A program made the translations under genes and the position numbers. The notes below the pieces were generated by a model. It was not told the DNA's origin. It was given only the letters and a program-made list of their open reading frames with translations, and searched no databases. Shown in pieces: positions 1 to 10,281 of a DNA stretch of 64,000 bases (its first letter is position 1; each line of letters opens with the position of its first letter). This DNA comes from Epithemia pelagica (Eukaryota; Protista; Bacillariophyta). The stretch spans positions 62,001-126,000 of the forward strand of contig OX337234.1 in NCBI GenBank assembly GCA_946965045.2, read 5' to 3'.

Positions 1-315
1 CAATGGACGACGGCCACGTCGGCGACTGCCTTTGCCCTTGCCACTACCCTTGCCACATCCCCCCTTGCCTTTTCCGCCGTCCTCAGAACCCGGCAATCGT
101 CGTCCAGCCGTGGTGGTTGTTTCCGTCGTCGCCGCCACCAAGTCTTGCACCTCCATCATTTGGGAGTCTTCCATATCACCCAACGCATGCTCGAATTCAT
201 TGGCAAACTCCGCAACCTTTCGCTGACGGCCTTGCAAGTTACCTTGACGATCCTGCTGGGCCACGGTGAGGGCCAGAACCGAACAGAGAGTAAAGATAGA
301 GGTTGAAATCTTCAT
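1..315 (-). CDS. Partial (runs off window start) secreted Gly/Lys-rich protein with signal peptide
   Basis: ATG at 315 reads MKISTSIFTLCSVLALTVA-QQDRQGNLQGRQRKVAEFANEFEHALGDMEDSQ...AGRRLPGSEDGGKGKGGCGKGSGKGKGS with no stop before base 1. Missing from the ORF track because it has no stop in the window. A homologous segment lies at 9973-10281. Confidence 0.7.
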   Translation of the reverse strand, partial: MKISTSIFTLCSVLALTVAQQDRQGNLQGRQRKVAEFANEFEHALGDMEDSQMMEVQDLVAATTETTTTAGRRLPGSEDGGKGKGGCGKGSGKGKGSRRRGRRPL

Positions 316-1088
316 GACTTGTTTTCTTCCTCAAGGTAGCGGATGCTTTGTTTACGTGCCTTTGCAATTCTTGAATGCTTGCAAATTATGAGACGTCTCG
401 TGTGGGCAATCGAAAGTTGCTGAAACAGTTGCTACACGATTCCATCTTTCCGAATTTGTCGTGCTCTGCACATGGTCATTGCTAGGTTTGGGTTTTGGAG
501 AATTTGTTGAACAACCTTGTATGTGCCAGGTTACATGCTTCATTGTTTGTACTCATCAATTTGCTTGTTTCTCGACTCTGGACATAACGTCCCGATCTAC
601 AACGGAGACATTAGGTTGCAAAAATTCGTCGTGCCATCTCCTAAAGCGAGTCCATGTCAACGGGTGGGGCTAGTCTATTTGGTGGCGGTGGACTCTGGTG
701 TTGTGCTCCGTTTGGCCAACATCGGGGGCAAAAAGAGTCTAGATATCTCTCTCGATGGCTATAGCATTCGACTCTATCTTGGAAAATTGAAAATTTGTCG
801 TGTCGTTCACTCTAGGTCATTCTTATGACCAGACAAGGAATGCTGCACAAACCTGTATTGCTTCCTGCTTTCGAAACCAAACATGTTTGGTTCTTGATTG
901 GTATGGTGCGACGGAAGATAACAACATCATGGTAAATGTAAGTGCTGGATTTGGTTGGGATGGTGTTGTTAGCCTCCCCTTTGGTCTCGGATGGAGCGCG
1001 ACTGTTAAATCGCGCGCGTCGGTGTGGGAATTGAACCTCCTTAAACCATTTGCCACAAAAACCAGTCCCAACGGAAAACGGAGGCTAA

Positions 1089-1093
1089 GATCC
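1089..1093. repeat. 5-bp target site duplication GATCC (left), partner at 9394-9398
   Basis: gatcc immediately precedes 1094 and immediately follows 9393. Confidence 0.9.
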
Positions 1094-1851
1094 TGATAAA
1101 CTTCTCTCGATTCAACAGGGGTTAGACAGATAGGTAGGATAGGTAAAAGGCTCGCTGAGCCGACAATCGAATCACCAACCGATACAACAATCCTCCACGG
1201 GTCAGAGAAGAGTTGCAAGTCGAAGTCTGCCGTGGGTGGGGGCAGTCGGTCCACTGATAAGAGGTAAGTCTTAAGATGAGTGTTAAAATGGTGATATTAA
1301 TGATTGTGAGACGATTACTAACTAAGGTGGTTGATGGTGCCGAAGTCCTGGCTCTTGCATACGGCCATGGATCTGGTGTGATAGGTCCTCACTGGTTGGA
1401 GTAGACCGGCATTGGTGTATATTGAATGTATAGGGTGATGGATAACATGTATGGGATGCAACAGCTCTTGCTTTGTCGTGGTATAAGTCTTGTCCTGGGC
1501 GCGTTGCTGTTTGCATTCTTGGATTTGTGGGAACAGAGATATGGTCTCGCGTGATCGTGATTCGTGCTTTGATTACATAGACCGTTAGGTCGAATCGTGG
1601 ATGCGCGTACTCGGATAGTAGAGGCGCGCACTTGATCGTTTTGGGCGCGCACGTGTTGGGCCATAGTTAATATCCGAGCGGTCGCCGATAACGCGTGCAC
1701 TGCGAGCATGCCGTGGCCAAATTTATAGTTTCGCGAGCATGCCGACATTCATTTCTCACTTTTAGGAAAATGTCATCGGATGCCATAAAATACTAGCATC
1801 ATTCGATGAGTTGTAGGTTTCGCCACCTAGTTTTCGGTGAGAATCCTAACA
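1094..1851 (-). repeat. 3' LTR (758 bp)
   Basis: Direct repeat of 8636-9393. Minus strand starts tgttaggattc and ends gaagtttatca. I noticed three substitutions between the copies by eye. Confidence 0.97.
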
Positions 1852-4800
1852 CTCCCCACAATTCGTCGAATGAGGATTGTCAATTCCCTCATCACTTTCC
1901 TGGATTTTTCCTCTCCAGAATAACAAAGATCTGAGCATGGGCCAAACTGCGGCGAATTCCCAATGTTTACTGAGGATATCAGCTGGGTTTGTCTTTCCAT
2001 CTTTCCAGTAGAATGCGACGTACTTTGCAGCGATAGCTTCACGGACTCGGTGATAGGATAGGAGATGGTGCCTCTTGGAGATGATTGAGTGTGGTGCGGT
2101 GCTATTGATAACGACAGAGCGGTTATCTCCAAACATGTAACTCTTCTCTCGTAGAGGGACTCCCAAGTATCGGAGTGTAAGGCGTAGCTCCGTGATCTGA
2201 TCAACTGCAGTCCTTGCGGCAACAAATTCAGATCCATACGTGGCTGTCTCCACTGTGGCTTGTCGCTTACTGTACCAGTCCACGGGTGTACCGTTTACAA
2301 AATGCAGGATGGCTGTAACTGCTTTCCCAGTAACCTTATCATGCATGAGATTTGCATCGACACAATGTATAGTTGTCACAAAACGCCCAAGTGGGGTTGG
2401 ACAGTCCTCAGGGATACGTTCCTTGGCGTCCATGTATACGGTACGACTCCAATCGTATTCTTGGATAGGTAAAGCTGATAAATCTGGCTCCCCAGTGCGG
2501 AATCTGATAGACCCATCAGAAAATGACATGAGGTATCCATAGATGCGCTTAGCTCGCTTCAAATGACCAATCCTTGGAGCAGCTCTGAACCTTGATAGAG
2601 TCATGGTAGCAGGAAAGACATCAAAACGGCCAATGGTAATTAGCCATTGCAGTTGTCCAATAAGAGTCTGGAAATGCTGGGTCCCTTCTTCATCTAAGAG
2701 CTCAGAGTCATCGAGTTCAGGATGATCGTTAGCAATGACTGGCGGCTTTGCTTTCTTGGGTTTCTCATTGAACAATCGTTCATAGGTATCCATCATCTTC
2801 TCGATGTACCTTCGTGGGTCAGACACAAGTGTACCGTCTGGATCTTTGGTATAACGACACCCCAAATGATACTCGATAGGTCCGACTCCTTTGAGTTTGA
2901 AGTTGTATTTTTCTGTAAAGATCTTGCAGACAGCTTCAGGGTCCATGGCAACGATAGCTAAGTCATCAACATATACAGCGATATATTCATAACAGTCTTC
3001 TCCAGGAGCCTTCTTCATCCAAATATCAGGGTCAGCCTTGCTTGGAGAAAATCCCATATCAATGAGAACATCAAACAGTTTGTCATGCCAGCGAGCACCT
3101 GAGGATTTGAGACCATATAATGCCTTGTAGATGATCAAGATATGTCCTTCTAACTCCTTGAACTCTGGTCCTGCAATGATGAAAATCTTTTCTCCTGTCA
3201 ATGCTTCTAGGTATGCGTTCCCAATATCTGCTCCCCATATTTCCATGTCGTTCATGGTTCCAAGAAATATGGCAATGCGAAGGTTGCGAATGGAGACAAC
3301 CCCTGAATAGATGGTCTCAACGGGTTCCTTGGTGAGATGTCCATCTGCGACAAGTCGTGCCTTGTGCCTTCCGTCATGCTTGACATCAAAGACCAGATGT
3401 ACTCTTATCTTATGATATCCTTCTGGTGCATTGGCCAATTTCCCATTAATGAACTTGGCTTTTCCATGGTCCTTGAAAGTGTTATACAATTGGATCTGTG
3501 AGAGTTCCAATTCTGTTGCGTCTTGCCATTTCGTGTTCCCAAATTGCTTGTCTAGTTCCACTGCTTCTTCATAGGTGCGAGGTACTTGGAAACCAAACTT
3601 GTACTTAATAGAGCGACGGACTTGTTTGATCCTGGATTGTTTAGCTGCTCGAATGAGTCTTTTGCTTGTCTTGACATATCGCTTGAGATGTTTCCATCCA
3701 GGTAGATCCAGCAAACCATTTTTCTTGGCATAGATGGCGACTGTGATGGGGTCATCATTTGCAATAAGAGATAGAGGTTCGTATGTCGTCTCCCCAGTCT
3801 CCCAATCAACAAGGACATTATATTTACTCCCTTTATAGTCTGGGTCGCTTGAGTTCAAAGGTCCTTGGTGTGCAATAACGTCTCTGAATCGGAAGAGACT
3901 ATCCCCTGTCGTTTGGGCTTGATTATCCCTTTCAATGTATTCCATGAGCTGGTTGTAGGAGATCATCTCATCAACATTAGAGTTAGACTTGCGAAAGATA
4001 TATTTGAGTCGATCTTCTTGTTTGGTTGCATCTTGTTCCAGGTCGACAACTTGTTTGATTACTCGTGCTCGGTGGCGCTCCCCATTCTCTTCAGTGTCAC
4101 AAAGGAATGTGCGTCCAACTAAATCGTCGTAGTCAATTGTTGGCATAGGTGTGGATGGGTCTTCACTTCTGCTGCGAATAAAGACAGTGTCACCTTGCTT
4201 GTCAGTGGGTTTATGCGGCGACTCCTCCCCTGAAGAGATATCCACACGAAGGTTGGGGGAAGTGGAGGCAACGCGACGGACAGCGGATCGGTAGATGATG
4301 ACGTTGTCGGCAGTGAGGATCTTCCAAGTAAAGGCATCACCAACATTGTGGGCAAAACCAACCCAGTGGCCAATCTTCTCGTCGGGAGACGAAGGGTAAG
4401 AACCGGAGGTAGGTTCAGAAGGGTCGACACGATAGTAGACCTCATCCCAGAAAGGAAAGAAAAGGAGATGGGTAATGTCGGGTGGGGTACCGGTAAGAGC
4501 CTCAAGAGGGGTGCGGCCAGAGTGGGTGGGAGAGGAAGTGTGATTGAGGAGGTCACACACATATTCTAAACAAAGTAACCATGCAGAAGCAGGGCAACCA
4601 GAGGCATTCATGATAGCATTGGTCATACGCTTAACGGTCTGGTAGCGGTTCTCAGCTTTGTTCTGGTGTTGATGATAGGGCTCGGAGCGGTATTCACCAA
4701 TCAGAAGGGTGCGAAGAATATCCTTGACCTTGTGGGAAATAAGTGACGAACCACCATCACTGATCAAAGTCTCCATGACACCACGTGTACGAATGTTATC

Positions 4801-7527
4801 CTGGAGGGTATTGACGAATTGCTTGGTAGACTTGATACCATAAATGTCAGTAACCAAGGTATCACGACCAACAAAAATCTGAGCAATCTTGCCACCATGG
4901 TTAACAGCCGGGGTGTCGGAGAAGATGGAGTCAGTGGCAACGGGTTCATGCCGTCGTGGTAGGTTAAGGATAGGATTCCGGGCCTTAAAGTGTTTCTTCA
5001 AGGTATCCTGGTCAAAGGAAATGTGTCCATGACGAGTTGTATGCTTGAACGTATCGGCGATTACGTCTTCCGATTGCCATCCAAAGAAAGGGCGAAATTT
5101 CTTCCAGTCGTTTTGTTCCTTGTAGAGTTTGTGGACAGACGCATGAAGTGTGGGGTCGTTGCCATCTTGATCAGCATAGATGGAAAAGAAGGAAGGTGTA
5201 TCGGGGCCATGATCATATGGGAGATCAAGGAGGAGATTCAAAGTGCATACAACGCGATCGGTATACTCCCCATATTGGTCATAGGGGTACGTTTCCATAC
5301 TACCATCAGTCTCCACAGATGTCCAGTTCGGTGCAGGGTCTTGATGGGGGTCTGGATGGGTATGGTCAAGTACAGAAGGATCCCAGATATGGGGTGAAGT
5401 GAACACAATATGCGGATATTTATCCATATCGTCATCAGAAGGGATTCCCAGAGATTGAATGTATGCAAGGCCATCCTTGATTCGTAAGGGCAATGCGCGT
5501 CCATCAAGGGTAGTAATGCGTTGTTTGCCATCAACCTTGACGGATCGTTCGTCGACAGATAGGCCGAAATGTTCAAATTGCGCTGGGGCATGGATAGATA
5601 AACCCTTTCCATAGTGGGCATACTCATTGAAGATACCAATAATGGGTCCATCACTTGTATCAAACTTGGCAGCACAGGTAACAACTGGAAGGCCAGTCAA
5701 TTCATGATTGTCAATACCTACGATGGTAATATGACGTCCGGTTTTGGCAAGGATACGCATGTCGGATCCTGCAAGGCCTCCATTGGCACCTCGATCGATG
5801 AGTTGATTACCAGAAAAGGTGGATTTGCGGGAGAATAGATATCGTGACATATGAACCTTTTGCTTGTGATCAGCAGAAGACTTGAACTTGACTTTAGGAC
5901 TTGACTTTGTCGTAGAAGTTGACAAGATGTTGCTGAGGTCAGATGCTGGATGATTGATATCTGTCGATGCAATAGCCTGGTGTACGAACTGGGTAACCGG
6001 ATCAGAGGATGTATCGAATGGATCTTGTTCTGGTGCATCTTGATGGGTATCACCAATGTTGTTGGCATCAGGATCAGGGTCCGGTTCAGGATCAATGTCA
6101 AGAGAATGTGTTTGGACCTTGCGTGGAGTTGTCGGGGAATCTTGGACGGATTTATTGAAGTCGACAATGATTTGCCGATCCTCTTCAGAGAGTTTAAACC
6201 ATACATCTCTTGGAAGGCTGATTTTCGACGAAGTTGGGGACTTTTCGGATTGGATATTCGTGTTGTTGATCTGGTAGTCAGGGGGCTCCACTGGTTCAAA
6301 AGGTTCATCCAACTGAAATTCATGTTGCTTTACATGACGACGGCGGTTAGACGCAGAAATTCGGGTAGCTTGGTCATGGTCAAAAGCAGCATCAAGAAGC
6401 AGGCGGAAATATGATTGATAACAGAGAGACTTGGCTCCAGATTTTGTGTTGACAACGTTATCCAAGATCTTGACTCGTCTTAAATCAGGTACCTTTTCAA
6501 CAGCTTGCATAAGGAAGGTCATCCTTGTATGGTCATGGATACGATCCGACAATGGTACAAGGTTATCCAGAAGTCGTAGCTGTTCTTGAAAATGTAGGAG
6601 AAACTGACGAGTTGTACCACGCCAAGAGTCATCCAGTCGAAGATTCGAAATGTAGCTTGTTAGACGTAACACTTCTCGCTTAGCTAGATCAGATTCAGTG
6701 TGTAGAACATGGAGTTTCTTCAAGACGGCTCTTGCATCTTCATCATGTTCATGTTCTCGAACATATGCTCTTCCTTGGTCGGTTTGGATAATACGTACAA
6801 GTACAGAATAGACAAAGACTTGTTGTTCTCGGAAAAGTAACTCTGCGCATTCGTCATCCTTGGGTACCTTGTAATCGAAATCAAGAACATTCGACAATCC
6901 TTGTGCTTTCGCAGTTGATTTGAATACACGCCAAAACGAATCAAAGTATCGTTCGTCTTTGAATGATTCAAATGCTGTTGCATCTCTTTTGGTTCCTTTC
7001 TTGAAAGCAGAGAGATCTAACATGGATTGAGATGTTGTAGAGGATGTAGTGGGAGATCGGGATGATACGGAGTGTGCAGGTGATTTCAGAGGAGAAACTG
7101 GGTCTTGGTTCATACCAGACTTGGTAAAGTCGGTGTTGATCCTCCAATCGTCATATTGGTCCCTCGTGAGGTTCATCCATGTAGCACGGGGTGGTTTTCC
7201 ATGTTGGAGTTGCCGTTGTTGTAGTAACCAATATGCCATTAGTTTGAGTTGTAATCTTGTACTTGTCTGTAGGTCGTTGACTTGTTTTCCAACCTTGTAT
7301 TGCATGAGATCCTTGAGTGTCTCCTCGGGATCAGTTGCAACATGGTCGAGGACATGAAGGATATGTTCAAAACCATGATGTCGCATCCACTTTTGAAGTG
7401 ATTGGGCTCTTTCATCATTACAACCAAAGATGCCTTTAGTTATATGGTCGAAGAGATCTTGGTCGGTTATATGACTTGACTTGTCCTCAGGAGGAGTAAA
7501 CGGTGTCTTGGGAGGTGTCGCTTCCAT
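1846..7527 (-). CDS. Gag-Pol polyprotein (1893 aa) of Ty1/copia element
   Basis: Protease LIDRGANGG; integrase D..D..E (DSIFSD / LISDGG / HQNKAE); RT ADIGNAYL, LYGLKSSGARW, VYVDDL; RNase H CVDANL, EFVA, GDNRS, NPADILSK. Frame is uninterrupted. Confidence 0.97.
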   Translation of the reverse strand: MEATPPKTPFTPPEDKSSHITDQDLFDHITKGIFGCNDERAQSLQKWMRHHGFEHILHVLDHVATDPEETLKDLMQYKVGKQVNDLQTSTRLQLKLMAYWLLQQRQLQHGKPPRATWMNLTRDQYDDWRINTDFTKSGMNQDPVSPLKSPAHSVSSRSPTTSSTTSQSMLDLSAFKKGTKRDATAFESFKDERYFDSFWRVFKSTAKAQGLSNVLDFDYKVPKDDECAELLFREQQVFVYSVLVRIIQTDQGRAYVREHEHDEDARAVLKKLHVLHTESDLAKREVLRLTSYISNLRLDDSWRGTTRQFLLHFQEQLRLLDNLVPLSDRIHDHTRMTFLMQAVEKVPDLRRVKILDNVVNTKSGAKSLCYQSYFRLLLDAAFDHDQATRISASNRRRHVKQHEFQLDEPFEPVEPPDYQINNTNIQSEKSPTSSKISLPRDVWFKLSEEDRQIIVDFNKSVQDSPTTPRKVQTHSLDIDPEPDPDPDANNIGDTHQDAPEQDPFDTSSDPVTQFVHQAIASTDINHPASDLSNILSTSTTKSSPKVKFKSSADHKQKVHMSRYLFSRKSTFSGNQLIDRGANGGLAGSDMRILAKTGRHITIVGIDNHELTGLPVVTCAAKFDTSDGPIIGIFNEYAHYGKGLSIHAPAQFEHFGLSVDERSVKVDGKQRITTLDGRALPLRIKDGLAYIQSLGIPSDDDMDKYPHIVFTSPHIWDPSVLDHTHPDPHQDPAPNWTSVETDGSMETYPYDQYGEYTDRVVCTLNLLLDLPYDHGPDTPSFFSIYADQDGNDPTLHASVHKLYKEQNDWKKFRPFFGWQSEDVIADTFKHTTRHGHISFDQDTLKKHFKARNPILNLPRRHEPVATDSIFSDTPAVNHGGKIAQIFVGRDTLVTDIYGIKSTKQFVNTLQDNIRTRGVMETLISDGGSSLISHKVKDILRTLLIGEYRSEPYHQHQNKAENRYQTVKRMTNAIMNASGCPASAWLLCLEYVCDLLNHTSSPTHSGRTPLEALTGTPPDITHLLFFPFWDEVYYRVDPSEPTSGSYPSSPDEKIGHWVGFAHNVGDAFTWKILTADNVIIYRSAVRRVASTSPNLRVDISSGEESPHKPTDKQGDTVFIRSRSEDPSTPMPTIDYDDLVGRTFLCDTEENGERHRARVIKQVVDLEQDATKQEDRLKYIFRKSNSNVDEMISYNQLMEYIERDNQAQTTGDSLFRFRDVIAHQGPLNSSDPDYKGSKYNVLVDWETGETTYEPLSLIANDDPITVAIYAKKNGLLDLPGWKHLKRYVKTSKRLIRAAKQSRIKQVRRSIKYKFGFQVPRTYEEAVELDKQFGNTKWQDATELELSQIQLYNTFKDHGKAKFINGKLANAPEGYHKIRVHLVFDVKHDGRHKARLVADGHLTKEPVETIYSGVVSIRNLRIAIFLGTMNDMEIWGADIGNAYLEALTGEKIFIIAGPEFKELEGHILIIYKALYGLKSSGARWHDKLFDVLIDMGFSPSKADPDIWMKKAPGEDCYEYIAVYVDDLAIVAMDPEAVCKIFTEKYNFKLKGVGPIEYHLGCRYTKDPDGTLVSDPRRYIEKMMDTYERLFNEKPKKAKPPVIANDHPELDDSELLDEEGTQHFQTLIGQLQWLITIGRFDVFPATMTLSRFRAAPRIGHLKRAKRIYGYLMSFSDGSIRFRTGEPDLSALPIQEYDWSRTVYMDAKERIPEDCPTPLGRFVTTIHCVDANLMHDKVTGKAVTAILHFVNGTPVDWYSKRQATVETATYGSEFVAARTAVDQITELRLTLRYLGVPLREKSYMFGDNRSVVINSTAPHSIISKRHHLLSYHRVREAIAAKYVAFYWKDGKTNPADILSKHWEFAAVWPMLRSLLFWRGKIQESDEGIDNPHSTNCGEC
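1852..1864 (-). other. Short polypurine tract (gaattgtggggag) abutting the 3' LTR
   Basis: Minus strand ...tgtggggag directly precedes the tgttagg LTR start. The position is as expected but the purine run is short. Confidence 0.6.
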
Positions 7528-7841
7528 GATGTTATTTGGTTGGTTCGATGTTTATTTAATGTGCGGTGTGATGTGGTATATTTAATGTATGATGTGATGT
7601 GAACCCGGATGTACCACGTGTGCCACGTATGTACCACGTATGTGATACCCGGATGTGTGTTGTGATGTGCGACTCCTGGAAATTTCCGTTGATTCCGACA
7701 AATTTTCGCCGAGTTTCAACAAATTTTCGCCGAATTTTCGCGATTTGACGGGAATGTGTGGCGTGTTGTGCGACCAAGGGTACCCGGATGTGCGGAACTC
7801 GGTTTTGTGTCTGGTTTGGTGTAGAAGCTACGTAAAGTTAC

Positions 7842-8597
7842 TTATTCTTGGTCACCTTCGGCTCGGTACTGAAGACGAGATGCGGAATCGGTCACTGTAG
7901 TGGCTAGTTCTTCAACGTCGTCGTCTTCCAACAAGTGGTTCACGTGTTGAGTAAAGAGAGGGTAGATAGTCGCACGGAAATCCTGGAAGAGATGGATCTC
8001 GTAAACAAAGGAGACGTACTCGTCGAGACGAGTAGTCGGGGTAGGTAGCGGATTCGTCGTCGAGTTGACGATCCAGATGGTGTGGAAGTAGTTGGTTGGA
8101 CGTTCAAAGGAGATGAATCGGATACGGATGGGTTCCACAGGGTTGCCCAACAGGGCTTGGACAATGAAACGGCGTCTCGAGCACTGGTACAAGAGGTCGA
8201 GAAGTCGTTGGATGTCCTCAAGGTCAGTCACGGGTTGGACGGACTGGAAATCGATCTCGCGTTCGGTTGTGGAACGGATCACGTCGGGGTCGGTAGTCGA
8301 CTCAGTCGGCTCGCGGAAGTGTCGGATATGCGCAGTAAGAAGACGGCTCGTACGTCGGGTGCGAGTAGGGTTCAAACGGCGAGGCGGAGTCGAAGGGTGA
8401 GTCGGAATCGAAGGAGGCTGGACCACTTGGTCCGGGGTCTGGAAGGGATTCGGAGCACTGGCCTGAGTCGGAGTCTGTTTCGGAGTTTCAACCAAGGGCT
8501 CGCCCGGATGGGACACGGGTGGATGGAGTTCCTCCCCGCTTTGTTGGAAGGAATGAAAGATGTGTCGAATAGAGAGGTTGGAATCGTCGTGAGACAT
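7842..8597 (-). CDS. Additional 251-aa ORF of unknown function between 5' LTR and gag-pol
   Basis: First ATG at 8597 (MSHDDSN...); the track start at 8657 is a TTG inside the LTR. Pro/Thr-rich N-half, globular-looking C-half, same strand as gag-pol. Confidence 0.6.
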   Translation of the reverse strand: MSHDDSNLSIRHIFHSFQQSGEELHPPVSHPGEPLVETPKQTPTQASAPNPFQTPDQVVQPPSIPTHPSTPPRRLNPTRTRRTSRLLTAHIRHFREPTESTTDPDVIRSTTEREIDFQSVQPVTDLEDIQRLLDLLYQCSRRRFIVQALLGNPVEPIRIRFISFERPTNYFHTIWIVNSTTNPLPTPTTRLDEYVSFVYEIHLFQDFRATIYPLFTQHVNHLLEDDDVEELATTVTDSASRLQYRAEGDQE

Positions 8598-8620
8598 CGA
8601 AAGCTTCTCGGAAATAAACG

Positions 8621-8635
8621 ATGAGACTGTTAATC
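8621..8635 (-). promoter_or_regulatory. Putative non-canonical primer binding site (gattaacagtctc...) complementary to a tRNA-Asn(GUU) anticodon arm
   Basis: Directly adjacent to the 5' LTR and lacks TGG. Its complement GA-CTGTTAA-TC is an anticodon loop with a GTT anticodon closed by a 2-bp stem. Confidence 0.5.
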
Positions 8636-9393
8636 TGATAAACTTCTCTCGATTCAACAGGGGTTAGACAGATAGGTAGGATAGGTAAAAGGCTCGCTGA
8701 GCCGACAATCGAATCACCAACCGATACAACAATCCTCCACGGGTCAGAGAAGAGTTGCAAGTCGAAGTCCGCCGTGGGTGGGGGCAGTCGGTCCACTGAT
8801 AAGAGGTAAGTCTTAAGATGAGTGTTAAAATGGTGATTTTAATGATTGTGAGACGATTACTAACTAAGGTGGTTGATGGTGCCGAAGTCCTGGCTCTTGC
8901 ATACGGCCATGGATCTGGTGTGATAGGTCCTCACTGGTTGGAGTAGACCGGCATTGGTGTATATTGAATGTATAGGGTGATGGATAACATGTATGGGATG
9001 CAACAGCTCTTGCTTTGTCGTGGTATAAGTCTTGTCCTGGGCGCGTTGCTGTTTGCATTCTTGGATTTGTGGGAACAGAGATATGGTCTCGCGTGATCGT
9101 GATTCGTGCTTTGATTACATAGACCGTTAGGTCGAATCGTGGATGCGCGTACTCGGATAGTAGAGGCGCGCACTTGATCGTTTTGGGCGCGCACGTGTTG
9201 GGCCATAGTTAATATCCGAGCGGTCGCCGATAACGCGTGCACTGCGAGCATGCCGTGGCCAAATTTATAGTTTCGCGAGCATGCCGACATTCTTTTCTCA
9301 CTTTTAGGAAAATGTCATCGGATGCCATAAAATACTAGCATCATTCGATGAGTTGTAGGTTTCGCCACCTAGTTTTCGGTGAGAATCCTAACA
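8636..9393 (-). repeat. 5' LTR (758 bp)
   Basis: Near-identical direct repeat of 1094-1851. Confidence 0.97.
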
Positions 9394-9972
9394 GATCCAA
9401 GAGATTTGGGTGATCGACGATATGCAGTGTTTCGTTGTTAACCAACTCTCATTTAAAAACCCAAAAAGGACAGTTGTATCACACACAATTCTTCGACAAT
9501 CTATTGCAGAACGATGGAAACATACCACTATTATGGGGTAGGTGCATACATCCTCTGTTTATCAGGCAGTGAGCCCTTCCAGTAAAACTAAAGTAGCTTC
9601 CAAACAAAAGAGAAGAAAATCCTCTACACATGCAAGCAACAGATAAAATCGATATAGACTCTCCATCGACCGTGCTGCATCTACTCCTTATGACGACCGA
9701 CCGTGCTTATTTTGAAGCAATCCCTTGTTCCATTTTCAAAAAGGCTGTAGTCCCTGTGACGAAACGAAAAGATATAGCTTGCTTGATTAGACGGCCTCTA
9801 TTTGGTTTGCATGGTCATTCAACGCACGGACTGCCTCGGCACACATTGCATACAAAACATGCCTGCATCAATGATGTATTGTGTTATAATGATGATTTAT
9901 CAAATGTGGGTGTCACCATATGGGCCGAGTTGTGGGTGCGTTTTTGTCCCAGCACTACCACCATTATTTGTA

Positions 9973-10281
9973 TTAAAGACCACGTTCTTCTTCTTCGGCA
10001 CTTCCTTCGCAGTCACCGCCTTTGCCACTCGTTCCCTTCAATTGACGACGCTGAAGGCGGCCACTCCCGCCTTTACCCTTGCCACTACATCCCCCCTTGC
10101 CTTTTCCAACCGACAATTGTCGTCCTGTCGTCGCTGTAGTTGCCGTCGCCATGTCTTGCGTCTCCAACGTTTGAGAGTCTTCCAGATCACCCAAGGCATG
10201 CTCGAATTCATTGGCGAACTGAGTAGCCTTTTGCTGGCGACCTTGCAAGTTGCCTTGGCGATCCTCCTGGGTCAACAACAA
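9973..10281 (-). pseudogene. Paralogue or remnant of the Gly/Lys-rich secreted protein, lacking ATG and signal peptide
   Basis: TQEDRQGNLQGRQQKATQFANEFEHALGDLEDSQ...GRQLSVGKGKGGCSGKGKGG aligns to the 1-315 ORF. In-frame TGA at 10293-10291 lies upstream and no in-frame ATG is present. Confidence 0.55.

Larger units (their letters stand above)
1094..9393 (-). mobile_element. Full-length Ty1/copia LTR retrotransposon (CoDi-like), 8300 bp
   Basis: Two 758-bp LTRs reading TG...CA on the minus strand, a 5-bp TSD, and a single gag-pol ORF with copia order PR-IN-RT-RH. Confidence 0.97.

Noticed and set aside
823-1748. Duplicated ORFs 823-1254, 1322-1516 and 1389-1748 (twins at 8488-9290) as genes
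   Set aside because: They are chance frames inside the two LTRs and are duplicated only because the LTRs are.
7842-8657. Envelope-like gene in the copia element
   Set aside because: It has no signal peptide or TM segment and lies upstream rather than downstream of pol.
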